DNA of 64,000 nt from Candidatus Parcubacteria bacterium (GTDB lineage Bacteria > Patescibacteriota > Minisyncoccia > Phycocordibacterales > Zambryskibacteraceae): positions 29,262-93,261 of the forward strand of contig JAIFWN010000002.1 of assembly GCA_019658995.1 (NCBI GenBank). The letters are read 5' to 3'. Each line of letters begins with the position of its first letter. Within the stretch, counting starts at the first letter, position 1. The notes under the pieces are model-generated. The model did no database searches and was not told the DNA's origin. It worked only from the letters and a program-made list of their open reading frames with translations. A program made the position numbers and the translations under genes. Of the stretch, positions 19,624 to 30,252 are shown in pieces.

Positions 19624-19641
19624 AATCCTTCAACCTTTAAA

Positions 19642-19803
19642 CTAGGCGTTCTTGGGGAGAATCTTATACATGCCGGTACCACAGACGGTGCAGGTACCCT
19701 TAGCAGCCGGACGGCCGGGCTTTATCTCAACCCTCTTCACGTCCTTCATTTCGCGCTTCTCTTTGCATTTAACGCAGTATCCTATTACTTTTTCTTCAGC
19801 CAT
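19642..19803 (-). CDS. DUF5679-like zinc-ribbon small protein (not in ORF track)
   Basis: Hand translation MAEEKVIGYCVKCKEKREMKDVKRVEIKPGRPAAKGTCTVCGTGMYKILPKNA. Confidence 0.85.
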   Translation of the reverse strand: MAEEKVIGYCVKCKEKREMKDVKRVEIKPGRPAAKGTCTVCGTGMYKILPKNA

Positions 19804-19861
19804 AAATCTTTATTGCTTATAATTACCTTGTAAAGCCTAGCACAGCCCGGGGAAAAATGGG

Positions 19862-19934
19862 TGGACCCTATCGGATTCGAACCGATGACCTCCTCATTGC
19901 AAATGAGGCGCTCTACCAACTAAGCTAAGGGCCC
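19862..19934 (-). tRNA. tRNA-Ala(TGC)
   Basis: GGGCCCT/AGGGTCC acceptor with G3:U70, CCTCA-TTTGCAA-TGAGG anticodon arm, TTCGAAT T-loop; CCA not encoded. Confidence 0.97.
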
Positions 19935-20125
19935 GTAAAGACCTATATTACTCGACGGTGTCTATAAATTCAAGCAGAATAAGGCCAAAAAGAGGCTTAC
20001 CCCCATTTCTACCCTGTATACAAGAGTTCATAGGCTATGAAAGTTTCCCGCTCAAATTAACCACGTTTGACAACCTGCTGGTAGGCTTGTATTGTGAAAA
20101 AGGACTATCCAAGCCCGAGGTTTGC

Positions 20126-20329
20126 ATGATTCTTCCCGATTCCGCCCCAGATGTCATCCCCGCACTGGTACTTGGAACTCTCGGCAGTGTTGTCCTCGCC
20201 AAAAGCGTTCACTTTGTAGTGAGAACCGCGAAGTGGAAGCCTCTTCCTCAGGATATAGGCTCGCGGGACCGAGAGTGTCCATCAAGATTCAGCCTCCCGA
20301 AGGCAAGACAAGGTGAACCCGTCACGTGA
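20126..20329 (+). CDS. orphan small protein (67 aa, hydrophobic N-terminus)
   Basis: TTGACA-N17-TATTGT upstream, GAGG SD, TGA inside the perfect 20-bp palindrome 20316-20335. Confidence 0.55.
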   Translation: MILPDSAPDVIPALVLGTLGSVVLAKSVHFVVRTAKWKPLPQDIGSRDRECPSRFSLPKARQGEPVT

Positions 20330-20338
20330 CGGGTTATT

Positions 20339-21220
20339 TTATACTGCAAGAGACACTACATGCTCGATAAATTCCTTAGGCGAGATGCCAACCGATGAGA
20401 GTGAGGCCGACAAGGCCGAATCTTGGTCGAATTCAGGCAGAGCGTTAGTTTCCAGTATATAAATTCTTCCCTTGGATGTAACGACAAAATCCGAGGATGA
20501 ATAATGCCTGAGGCCGAGAGACTTATGTGCCTCTCTGGCCATATGCTCGATTTGTTTATGAATACTTGGCTTAAATTCATTCGGAGAGGGTATAAGTGTG
20601 TATAAGTCCTGATCTCTGAACCTTTCCATTACTGCGCAGCTGGCTTCTGTGCCTCGTATATACTCCTCGACCATTACTCTTTCGGCATGGCTGAAGGCTC
20701 CGGCTACCGCGTGCTTCAGTTCCTCGAAACTATGCACCATCTCCTCTCCGAGAGAGAATCTCCCGTGTACCGGCTTTACCATTACCGGATGAACATAGGT
20801 GCGAAAAATATGCAGAAGATCATCTAAGGATGCGTCATGGGTGACTACTTCATGTTTCGGTGTAAGCAGTCCGCTCTTGGCATAGATGTTCTTGGCAAGA
20901 TCTTTACTGAAAGAGATGGTCAGCCCCAGAGTTCCTGAACCTGTATGCGGCATGTTTAAGTTGGAGAGCAGTCTGCTCACCTCGCCATCTTCGCCATAAT
21001 TTCCATGAAGAGCGTTCCAAACCAGGTCTATATGTATAAGAGCCTTTTGCGGATCCTGCCTGCGACCCATGATGTGCCACTCGCCGTTCTTCGATATAAA
21101 AACATCCACTGGCTCATACTTCTCCGGCATCTCACGCAGAAGCGAGAGGACGTGTCCGCCCGTCTTAAGGGAGTTCTCATAATGTGCGGACGGCCCGCCG
21201 CGAAGAACTGCTATGCGCAT
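20339..21220 (-). CDS. ddl: D-alanine--D-alanine ligase family protein
   Basis: VLRGGPS.H..SL.TG, ALHGNYGEDG, VEEYI.G.E, YILETNALP; several catalytic positions diverged. Confidence 0.85.
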   Translation of the reverse strand: MRIAVLRGGPSAHYENSLKTGGHVLSLLREMPEKYEPVDVFISKNGEWHIMGRRQDPQKALIHIDLVWNALHGNYGEDGEVSRLLSNLNMPHTGSGTLGLTISFSKDLAKNIYAKSGLLTPKHEVVTHDASLDDLLHIFRTYVHPVMVKPVHGRFSLGEEMVHSFEELKHAVAGAFSHAERVMVEEYIRGTEASCAVMERFRDQDLYTLIPSPNEFKPSIHKQIEHMAREAHKSLGLRHYSSSDFVVTSKGRIYILETNALPEFDQDSALSASLSSVGISPKEFIEHVVSLAV

Positions 21221-21227
21221 CCATAGA

Positions 21228-22469
21228 TTATATCCTAAAACCTTTGCCGCGCAGTTTGCGGTGATAGCCAATAGCAAAGCGATGCGCGTCGGCATTGGCC
21301 AGAAGTATCGATTTACCCCAAGCTTTTATAATTTTTTCATCTCCAAGAATATGTTTGGCCTTGTGCCTCTCATCCTTCACTACCGCGACAACCTCGATCT
21401 TCTGATTCTTGAAAACTTCTTTAGCAGCGTTTAGCTGGCCGACTCCTCCGTCTATCACCACTACCTGCGGCATGTCCCACTCCGGGTGGTTAAGCCTTCT
21501 GGTGATAACCTCCTTCAAATTCCCTACATCATCGTTTTTATCTACTCTGATTTTGAATTTACGGTACTGGCTCTTATTGAGCTCTCCGTCTTCTACCACG
21601 ACCATCACACCCACTGCTTGCTTGCCGCTCATGTGAGCAATGTCATAGGCTTCAATACGCACCGTGTCTGCAGAGTGAGTGCGCTCTATGTCGCGTTTGA
21701 TGAGAGCCATGTCCTGAATATGCTCAAGGGCATAGAGAGTGTGCTTAATCTTATCGGCCTCCTCGAATTTCTGCTCCTTAGCTAAGGACTTCATCTCCTT
21801 CTCCAGATCTTTGATAAGTTCGACCTTCTTGCCTTCAAAGAAGAGCTGAATGCGCTTCACTTGCTTTCGATACTCGCGTTTAGTAATCCAACCGGCACAA
21901 GGACCTGGGCAAAGACCGATCTGGGCATTGAAGCAGGGTTTGCCGGCTCGCCCCGCCGTGGCGGGGTAAACTTTACACTTCTCATCCCGATACGGGAATA
22001 TTCTGCGAATAATTTTGAGTGCCTCTCGAAGCTCACTCCCATGCGGAAAGGGTCCGTACACCGCTTTCGACTTGTAACCTTTTTCCTCAAGCTTCTGCTC
22101 AAGGCCGCGGCCCCTGATCACTATCAATCTAGGAAAGTCTTCATCGGTGATAATTACGTAGTTGCTGCTCTTATCATCCCGATCCTTGGAGTTGTAATAG
22201 GGTTTATGTTTCTTGATCTGGTGAGCCTCTAGCATCAGAGCCTCGAGCACGGAGTCGGTAGTAGTGTGAGCGATGGTGACTGCCTCACCGATCATTTTTA
22301 CCAAAAGCGGACCGCGAGTGTGTATAAGATCTGAACCGAAGTAGCTCTTGACCCTGTCTTTAAGCGAAGTGGCTTTACCTATATACAAAATCTCCTTCTT
22401 TGGCCCAAAGAAATAGTAAACACCCGGACAATCCGGCAGATCGAGTTTCTGTAGCTCTTGACTTTTCAT
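21228..22469 (-). CDS. uvrC: excinuclease ABC subunit C, shortened form
   Basis: PGVY..LYIGKATSLKDRV.SYF (GIY-YIG), UVR domain, RIEAYDIAH, IDGGVGQL; no C-terminal HhH2. Confidence 0.9.
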   Translation of the reverse strand: MKSQELQKLDLPDCPGVYYFFGPKKEILYIGKATSLKDRVKSYFGSDLIHTRGPLLVKMIGEAVTIAHTTTDSVLEALMLEAHQIKKHKPYYNSKDRDDKSSNYVIITDEDFPRLIVIRGRGLEQKLEEKGYKSKAVYGPFPHGSELREALKIIRRIFPYRDEKCKVYPATAGRAGKPCFNAQIGLCPGPCAGWITKREYRKQVKRIQLFFEGKKVELIKDLEKEMKSLAKEQKFEEADKIKHTLYALEHIQDMALIKRDIERTHSADTVRIEAYDIAHMSGKQAVGVMVVVEDGELNKSQYRKFKIRVDKNDDVGNLKEVITRRLNHPEWDMPQVVVIDGGVGQLNAAKEVFKNQKIEVVAVVKDERHKAKHILGDEKIIKAWGKSILLANADAHRFAIGYHRKLRGKGFRI

Positions 22470-22522
22470 TTGTGATATATTACTATATGGACAGAACACA
22501 CACAAACTCAACTGGAGAGAAC

Positions 22523-22837
22523 ATGAAAAGACATGGAATCGCCAGGTCGAGAACGAAGAGGGATAAGCGGAATCGACGTGCCCAGGTGGAGCTTCAAGAG
22601 TCTACGACCGAGAAGGAACTCGAGAGAGAATCTCAGAGCCTCTGCCCGAGTGTCGAAGAGATCGCCGCGGGTTCGTCCGGACTTCTAACTCAGTCCATGG
22701 AGGATCTGATGGGTCAGGACCATGGAGCGCCTCCCGCACAACAGAGCAGCACAGACGAGGGTTGGCGACCTTTTGATGACGGTCCTGGATTCGATGGGCG
22801 TGGATGGGGACGAGATCCCACGCGAGATGTCCTCTAG
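22523..22837 (+). CDS. orphan, probably disordered protein (104 aa; basic N-terminus, acidic remainder)
   Basis: TTGACT(22458)-N17-TACTAT, GGAGA SD, terminator 22846-22879. Confidence 0.6.
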   Translation: MKRHGIARSRTKRDKRNRRAQVELQESTTEKELERESQSLCPSVEEIAAGSSGLLTQSMEDLMGQDHGAPPAQQSSTDEGWRPFDDGPGFDGRGWGRDPTRDVL

Positions 22838-22845
22838 CTATCCTG

Positions 22846-22879
22846 AGTGCGTAGGCAAGACCTGCGCACTTTTCTTTTT
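22846..22879 (+). terminator. intrinsic terminator
   Basis: AGTGCGTAGG-CAAGA-CCTGCGCACT then TTTCTTTTT. Confidence 0.8.
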
Positions 22880-25490
22880 ATTTCCTCTTACTCTTTCCTA
22901 AAACCTTCCGCAGATACTCCCCTGTATGCGTGTCAGTATTGGCCACCTCTTCCGGCGTGCCTTTGGCTACGAGCTTCCCTCCCCCGTCGCCGCCATCCGG
23001 GCCGATATCTATCACATAGTCAGCACTTTTTATGAAGTCCAGATTATGTTCGATGACCACTACAGTATTGCCGCTCTGTACCAGCTTCTGCAGAATTTCG
23101 ATCAGCTTCTTCACATCTTCATAATGCAAGCCGATAGTCGGCTCGTCCAAGAGATAAATCGTCTTTTGCAGATGCGGACGATAGAGTTCCGAGGCGATCT
23201 TAACTCTCTGGGCCTCGCCGCCTGAGAGCGTTGTGGCGCTCTGACCGAGTTTCAAGTATCCGAGGCCCACATCATTAAGAGTTTTCAGCCTGTCATATAT
23301 GCTCGGTATGTCTTCGAAGAACCCGATTGCTTCTTCTACAGTCATCTCCAGAATGTCATAGATGGACTTCTTTTTATAGTGCACCTCGAGAGTCTCCTTC
23401 ATGAACCTTTTTCCCCTACATACATCGCAGGGTACGTAGACGGTTGGCAAGAAGTGCATCTCTACCTCAATCATGCCGTTACCCTGACATGTCTCGCATC
23501 GGCCGCCCTTGACATTGAAACTGAAGCGGTTGGCTTTCCAACCTCTGGCCCTGGCTTCTTCGGACGTGGCGAACAATTCACGGATAAATGTGAAGGCGCC
23601 TGTATATGTGGCAGGGTTACTTCTTGGAGTTCTGCCGATCGCTGACTGATCTATGAGAATTGCACGGCTCAAATACTCCGTGCCGGTAAAGCTCTGGGCA
23701 TTGTAGGTAGCCGCACTTCTGTACTTCTTCTCCAATCTTGCCTGCAGGTTTTTGTAAAGAATTTCATAAACGAAAGAGGATTTGCCTGAGCCTGATACTC
23801 CAGTGACAGCAATGAGCCGGCCGAGCGGAACATCGACGTTCATGTGTTTTATATTGAAGATCTTGCCTCCGCGTATTTGTACCATACCCTTCTCGCTTTC
23901 CCTCCTTTCCTCGGGAATTTCTATCTTTTCCTCGCCACGGAGATACGCAAGCGTGAGCGAACCCGAAGTATTTTTCTTCGCAGTCAGGAGTTCCTCTAGA
24001 TCACCGGATACCACTACCTCTCCGCCGTGTCTGCCCGCACCGGGACCGATATCTACAATGTAATCAGAGGAGTAAATAGTGTCCTCGTCGTGCTCGACCA
24101 CGATAATAGTGTTGCCGAGATCGCGGAGATCTATAAGGGTTTTAATGAGCCTTGCGTTGTCACGAGAGTGGAGACCGATAGTCGGTTCGTCCAAAACATA
24201 TAGAGCACCGACCAATCCCGAACCGAGCTGGCTAGCCAAGCGTATGCGCTGGGCCTCACCGCCGGAGAGGGTATGGGCTCGGCGGTCGAGCGAGAGATAC
24301 TCGATGCCGACATTTAGCATAAACTCGAGCCTCGCGCTTATCTCTTTGGTCACGACGCTTGAAATTCCCTTCTCTCTTGCAGTCAGCCTTAATTTCTTGA
24401 AGAATTCATCGCACTCTTTGATGGAGAGAGCTGTAATCTCGACAATGTTCTTGCCGCCGACCAAAACTTTCAAAGCCTCTTCGCGCAGTCTCTGGCCCTT
24501 GCACTTCGGACACGGCTCATGGCTGAAGAAATACTTCGTACCCAGACCATTGCACTCCGGACAGGCTCCGTAAGGCGAGTTGAATGAGAAGAGTCTCGGT
24601 TCGATCTCCGGGAAGGAGAAACCGTCGAAGGGACACGACCACTTGGCAGACATTAGAAACTCTTCCGGATTTTCCTGCTTATTGGCCATATCCCTGAATC
24701 GCAGGACTACAAGACCCTCGGACTCGTGGATAGCCTTCTCTATAGATTCAGAAAGCCGCTCCTCAGCGCTCTTTGGATCGGTTTTAAATTCATTTAGGCT
24801 GACGGCGTCCACAAGTACCGATATGGAATGCTGTTTGGTCTTCGTAAGCTCTATGCGCTCGCGTAAGTTCTTCCTCACGTTGTCTACCAGGACTTCGCCG
24901 TAGCCCTTGCCCAAGAGATCATAGAGAAGCTGGTAGTACTCGCCCTTCCTGCCGCGTACAATGGGAGAGAATATTTCGGCATATACTGGCAGATCGATCT
25001 TCTTGCCCTTAGGCATAGTGGCCATCTTCTCCCCGATTTTGGCCAATATAAAATTCTTGATCTCTTCATTAGACAGTTTCTGAATCTCGCGGCCGCAGAC
25101 AAGGCAGTGCGGGCGGCCGATACGTGCGTATAGAATACGCAGATAATCATAAATCTCGGTGATGGTAGCCACCGTCGAGCGAGGGTTATTGGAGCGTGAC
25201 TTCTGGTCAATCGAGATAGCTGGCGAGAGGCCGATAATCTCATCGACATCGGGCTTTTGCATCTGATGCAAGAACTGGCGGGCATATGAGGAGAGACTTT
25301 CAACGTAGCGCCTCTGACCCTCGGCAAAGATAGTATCGAAGGCGAGCGATGATTTGCCCGATCCGGAAAGACCGGTGAAAACCACCATTTTACCTCGCGG
25401 CATCTCAACCGTAATGTTCTTAAGGTTGTGCGTCCTGGCGCCCTTCACTATGATTTTCTCCTCTGAGAGGTTCTTTTTGTCTTTTGACAT
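22878..25490 (-). CDS. uvrA: excinuclease ABC subunit A
   Basis: [18 protein letters not shown], two [17 protein letters not shown], zinc fingers. Confidence 0.98.
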   Translation of the reverse strand: MSKDKKNLSEEKIIVKGARTHNLKNITVEMPRGKMVVFTGLSGSGKSSLAFDTIFAEGQRRYVESLSSYARQFLHQMQKPDVDEIIGLSPAISIDQKSRSNNPRSTVATITEIYDYLRILYARIGRPHCLVCGREIQKLSNEEIKNFILAKIGEKMATMPKGKKIDLPVYAEIFSPIVRGRKGEYYQLLYDLLGKGYGEVLVDNVRKNLRERIELTKTKQHSISVLVDAVSLNEFKTDPKSAEERLSESIEKAIHESEGLVVLRFRDMANKQENPEEFLMSAKWSCPFDGFSFPEIEPRLFSFNSPYGACPECNGLGTKYFFSHEPCPKCKGQRLREEALKVLVGGKNIVEITALSIKECDEFFKKLRLTAREKGISSVVTKEISARLEFMLNVGIEYLSLDRRAHTLSGGEAQRIRLASQLGSGLVGALYVLDEPTIGLHSRDNARLIKTLIDLRDLGNTIIVVEHDEDTIYSSDYIVDIGPGAGRHGGEVVVSGDLEELLTAKKNTSGSLTLAYLRGEEKIEIPEERRESEKGMVQIRGGKIFNIKHMNVDVPLGRLIAVTGVSGSGKSSFVYEILYKNLQARLEKKYRSAATYNAQSFTGTEYLSRAILIDQSAIGRTPRSNPATYTGAFTFIRELFATSEEARARGWKANRFSFNVKGGRCETCQGNGMIEVEMHFLPTVYVPCDVCRGKRFMKETLEVHYKKKSIYDILEMTVEEAIGFFEDIPSIYDRLKTLNDVGLGYLKLGQSATTLSGGEAQRVKIASELYRPHLQKTIYLLDEPTIGLHYEDVKKLIEILQKLVQSGNTVVVIEHNLDFIKSADYVIDIGPDGGDGGGKLVAKGTPEEVANTDTHTGEYLRKVLGKSKRK

Positions 25491-25548
25491 AGCAGCTGGC
25501 CCCTGGGGCAGGCCCTAGGGGTTAATATAGGCATTTTAACACACTCCT

Positions 25549-27558
25549 CTACTCTTTTCCTGGCTTTTTCATCCTAGCTTCAAGGGCACGGATTTCATCT
25601 CGAAGGATCGCGGCGGACTCGAAATCGAGGTCATGCACGGCTTCTTCCATCTCTTTCATTTTCGACTTTATCAGTTTCTTCGGATTCTTTTTGAAAAATT
25701 CTTCATCGGTTGCCAGGAGTATGTCCACCGCCTGGTGATGCTCACGCTCGAGGGTGTCGGTAATGTCTTTAATTTTTTTAAGTATAGTCTTCGGAGTAAT
25801 CCCATGCTTTTTGTTGTACTCGAGCTGTATCTTTCTCCTGCGATTGGTCTCTCCTATAGCCCTCTCAATAGAGCCTGTGACATTGTCCGCATACAGGTAA
25901 ACCCGGCCCTCGATGTTACGGGCTGCGCGGCCAATGATCTGGATAAGCGAAGTCTCAGAGCGCAAGAATCCTTCCTTATCGGCATCGAGAATACCGATAA
26001 ACATTACCTCAGGTAGGTCGAGTCCTTCGCGTAGGAGATTCACCCCCACCAGCACATCGAACTCGCCACGGCGAAACTGGGTAAGAATCTCGATGCGCTC
26101 TATGGTCTTGATATCGCTGTGAAGGTAAGCGGCCTTGATCTTCCTCTCTTTGAGGTATTCCGAGAGATCTTCGGCCATGCGCTTGGTGAGGGTCGTTGCA
26201 ATGGCCCGGCCGCCTTTGGCAATGACCTTCTCGGCCTCTTCGATGAAGTCAAAAATCTGGCCTCTATAATTTCCCTTTTCCTGTATCGGACGCACAGTCA
26301 CCTCGGGATCAATGAGACCTGTAGGCCGGATGACTTGTTCTACAACTTTTCCGGATTTCTCTTTCTCGAATTTGCCCGGTGTAGCTGAAGTGAAAATAAT
26401 TTGATTCGTCCTCTCCAGGAATTCCTCAAATCTAAGTGGTCTGTTGTCGAGTGCGCTAGGCAATCTGAAGCCGTGCTCGATAAGCGTCTCCTTGCGTGAC
26501 TTATCACCGGCATACATGCCTCCGATCTGCGATACTGTCACATGAGACTCATCTATGACAGTCAGAAAATCCTTTGGGAAATACGAGAGCAAGGTATCAG
26601 GAGCTTCTCCGGGTTTACGACCGCTGAAGTGGCGTGAATAATTCTCTATACCATTCGTGTATCCGATTTCGCGGATGAGGGCAAGATCGTAAGTAGTTCT
26701 CCTCTTTAATCTCTCTGCTTCCAAAATTTTCCCTCCTTTCTTCAGCTCCTCAAGCCTGTCTTCCAATTCACTCTTAATACTCTGAAGCGCCCTCTTTGCC
26801 TGATCATCCTGGGTGATGAAGTGTTTGGCCGGGAATATGAAGTAGTTCTCGGGCTCGGAAACGATTGTGCGGGAGGTTGCATCAATGCGCTTGATAGCGG
26901 CGATCCGGCCCTCCTCAATTTCAATCCTATAAATCATCCTCTCCCCAGTGGGCATAATCTCAATGGCGTTGCCAAGGGCTCGAAATTGCCCGGGCTTCAC
27001 ATCGAGACTGGTACGGGAGAAGTGAATGCGTATGAGTTCGCGGATAAAGTCAGCACGGCTGATATCCTGACCAACTTTCACCTTGATATTTACCTTTTCA
27101 TACTCCTCGGGAGAGCCAAGACCGTATATGCAGGAAACAGAGGCTACGATAATCACATCTTTGCGTGTCAGGAGAGCCTGAGTCGAGGCGTGACGAAGAC
27201 GATCTATTTCCTCATTTATCATGGCTTCTTTCTCTATATAAGTATCTGTCACCGGCATGTAAGCCTCCGGCTGGTAATAGTCGTAATAGGAGACGAAGTA
27301 GTGCACGGCGTTCTCAGGGAAAAACTCTCTATACTCCTGGGCAAGCTGGGCTGCCAAGGTCTTGTTGTGCGCAATGACAAGGGTGGGCTTGCCAATGTTT
27401 TGTATGACATTAGCCGCGGTGAAAGTCTTGCCCGAGCCGGTAACACCCAGAAGGGTCTGGAATTTGTGACCCTCCTTGATGCCTTCTGTGAGCTCCTTGA
27501 TAGCTTTGGGCTGATCACCCGCCGGCTCCCACTCCTTCTTAATCTTAAAAACTGACAT
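25549..27558 (-). CDS. uvrB: excinuclease ABC subunit B
   Basis: GVTGSGKT, YYDYYQPEAY, DESH, LREGLDLPEV, GRAARN. Confidence 0.98.
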   Translation of the reverse strand: MSVFKIKKEWEPAGDQPKAIKELTEGIKEGHKFQTLLGVTGSGKTFTAANVIQNIGKPTLVIAHNKTLAAQLAQEYREFFPENAVHYFVSYYDYYQPEAYMPVTDTYIEKEAMINEEIDRLRHASTQALLTRKDVIIVASVSCIYGLGSPEEYEKVNIKVKVGQDISRADFIRELIRIHFSRTSLDVKPGQFRALGNAIEIMPTGERMIYRIEIEEGRIAAIKRIDATSRTIVSEPENYFIFPAKHFITQDDQAKRALQSIKSELEDRLEELKKGGKILEAERLKRRTTYDLALIREIGYTNGIENYSRHFSGRKPGEAPDTLLSYFPKDFLTVIDESHVTVSQIGGMYAGDKSRKETLIEHGFRLPSALDNRPLRFEEFLERTNQIIFTSATPGKFEKEKSGKVVEQVIRPTGLIDPEVTVRPIQEKGNYRGQIFDFIEEAEKVIAKGGRAIATTLTKRMAEDLSEYLKERKIKAAYLHSDIKTIERIEILTQFRRGEFDVLVGVNLLREGLDLPEVMFIGILDADKEGFLRSETSLIQIIGRAARNIEGRVYLYADNVTGSIERAIGETNRRRKIQLEYNKKHGITPKTILKKIKDITDTLEREHHQAVDILLATDEEFFKKNPKKLIKSKMKEMEEAVHDLDFESAAILRDEIRALEARMKKPGKE

Positions 27559-27591
27559 CTCCGTAGTATAAACTTTTGCTTCAGTGAAAAC

Positions 27592-27611
27592 AAAAAAGCC
27601 CCTTAGGGGCT
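27592..27611 (-). terminator. terminator of the RT gene
   Basis: Minus strand AGCCCC-TAA-GGGGCT TTTTT, starting within the RT TAG stop. Confidence 0.75.
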
Positions 27612-28599
27612 AGAATGGAACATCATCGTCGTCATCGAGAGAGCCCCAAGGATCGCCAGTCTGAATGCCAATGGGAGCCCTTCCTTGTGGTGGCGGAATG
27701 AAGGGCTTCTTCCGTGTCTGGTGCCGCAACTGTGCATACTCGGAGAAAACCTTGGTCTCGAGCCTATTGCGCGGTCTAGAAGCATCGGTAGAGGCTTGCA
27801 AGAGCCCGATCATGCCATGAACTCTCTGGAGCAGTTTGGGATCCTCCGAGCGCTCCGCTACATGCATGAGACCGCGGATTTTGTACAGATACCAGCGCGG
27901 CAGATACACCCGGCCGCCGTATTCAAGCCCGATACCGTTGATCTCAATACGATGCTTCTTGAGATCGAGGACTCGGCTCTTGTGGTGGCCGATACGTAAT
28001 CCAGACAGCGATATGAGCTCGCGGATCTTCTCCCTCTTGCGTGCTCCGATCACCTGTTTTGATGAGAACGTCAGATCGTCAAGATACCGACTGTAGGTAA
28101 CCTCATGACGTAGGCAATACTCGCGCATTTGCCCATCCATAAGAACAGCACAATAGATGTTGAAGAGATCCGGAGAGCTCGGTGAACCGGTAATGAGCCC
28201 TCCCTGCTCGGTCATGCAGAACTGACGGAGAAAGGCGTACACCTCAGATTCTCTGACCTGAGTGTCCAGACCGGCGAGCACTGCGGCTAGCCGGTGGCTA
28301 TCCACAGAGTCGAAGGCGCTAGAGATATCCGTCAAATAGAAATATCGGTTGTGCCGATGCCTCAGTACATTGCGCAGTGCACTACCGCCTGGCTTCGAGG
28401 CAGCAGAGGTGAGATCCACCGCCTTAATACGCCGCAAATTGATCACAAGCCGATCGTGCAGGTACTTCATCGCCTCGTTCGGCGTGTGCAATGTTCTCAT
28501 CCTGGAGGTACGTCCAAGAGGATTGACATCGCGCTTCTGCCAGGCCTTGAACTCGGCCTTCGTGCCTGATCGAGGCAGATCGATGCCGTCAAAGATCAT
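27610..28599 (-). CDS. retron-type reverse transcriptase with SSB-like acidic C-terminal tail
   Basis: R.L.TP...K, NVLRH (NAxxH-like), DISSAFDSV, GLITGSPSSPDLFN, YSRYLDDLTFS, INGI (VTG-like); AAGGAGG SD; ends DPWGSLDDDDDVPF. Confidence 0.92.
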   Translation of the reverse strand: MIFDGIDLPRSGTKAEFKAWQKRDVNPLGRTSRMRTLHTPNEAMKYLHDRLVINLRRIKAVDLTSAASKPGGSALRNVLRHRHNRYFYLTDISSAFDSVDSHRLAAVLAGLDTQVRESEVYAFLRQFCMTEQGGLITGSPSSPDLFNIYCAVLMDGQMREYCLRHEVTYSRYLDDLTFSSKQVIGARKREKIRELISLSGLRIGHHKSRVLDLKKHRIEINGIGLEYGGRVYLPRWYLYKIRGLMHVAERSEDPKLLQRVHGMIGLLQASTDASRPRNRLETKVFSEYAQLRHQTRKKPFIPPPQGRAPIGIQTGDPWGSLDDDDDVPF

Positions 28600-28624
28600 G
28601 CATCCTCCTTATGTGTCTAGCGCC

Positions 28625-28653
28625 ATGCTATCGCGCCACTATGTCATTTGCAA
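28625..28653 (-). promoter_or_regulatory. sigma70-type promoter for the RT gene
   Basis: TTGCAA (28653-28648)-N17-TAGCAT (28630-28625). Confidence 0.6.
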
Positions 28654-28673
28654 GAAAAATCCCGCAAAGCGGG
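28652..28673 (-). terminator. terminator at the 3' end of the structured RNA
   Basis: CCCGC-TTT-GCGGG ATTTTTCTT. Confidence 0.6.
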
Positions 28674-28685
28674 GTGTGGCTCGGG

Positions 28686-28929
28686 GGTTCTGGGAGATGA
28701 AGCTCTTATGCGGTTTCCCTAGTACCGGTGTGAACCGATACATATCGAGAAAGAGGATCGGGTGCACGTTCTCCGTCTTCGGGAGAAGAGGAGAGCGCGA
28801 ACGCTCGGGGAGATCGCCTTGAGGCAATTCCCTCTTCGCTGTGAATACAGCGAACGTGATGGTTGAACATGTGTGGACACCAGTACTACTCTACCTTCAA
28901 ACAAACACTGCACCTGCTCTCCCAGAACC
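28686..28929 (-). ncRNA. structured non-coding RNA next to the RT (retron msr-msd-like candidate)
   Basis: Perfect 12-bp inverted repeat 28686-28697/28918-28929; second 12-bp stem 28720-28731/28877-28888; several inner hairpins including a UUCG loop; G.U pairs favour the minus strand. Confidence 0.75.
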
Positions 28930-28941
28930 GCATATCTTGGT

Positions 28942-30159
<1,218 letters not shown>

Positions 30160-30252
30160 TCAGTTCTTTACCATAGCATACGTCATGGATGAGCCTTTCA
30201 TCCGTCTACTTGGGCGGATAGTACCTTCCCAAAACCCTCCCAGGAGGTACTC

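Noticed and set aside
19935-20335. Integrative element at tRNA-Ala
   Set aside because: No tRNA fragment duplication or integrase was seen; only one small orphan cassette.
27610-28599. RT as a DGR or group II intron enzyme
   Set aside because: No GNxxSQ motif, avd gene or TR/VR repeat pair was seen; there is no maturase or endonuclease region and no domain V/VI after the stop (a terminator follows directly).
28639-28913. ORFs 28639-28827 and 28719-28913 as retron effectors
   Set aside because: Short, non-ATG starts, no SD or motif; they overlie extensive stems and the terminator, so the region is better explained as RNA.
28686-28929. RNase P RNA, tmRNA or SRP RNA
   Set aside because: Lacks the GAGGAAAGUCC P4 motif, tRNA-Ala-like ends and the SRP domain IV motif; a 6S-like identity is not excluded.
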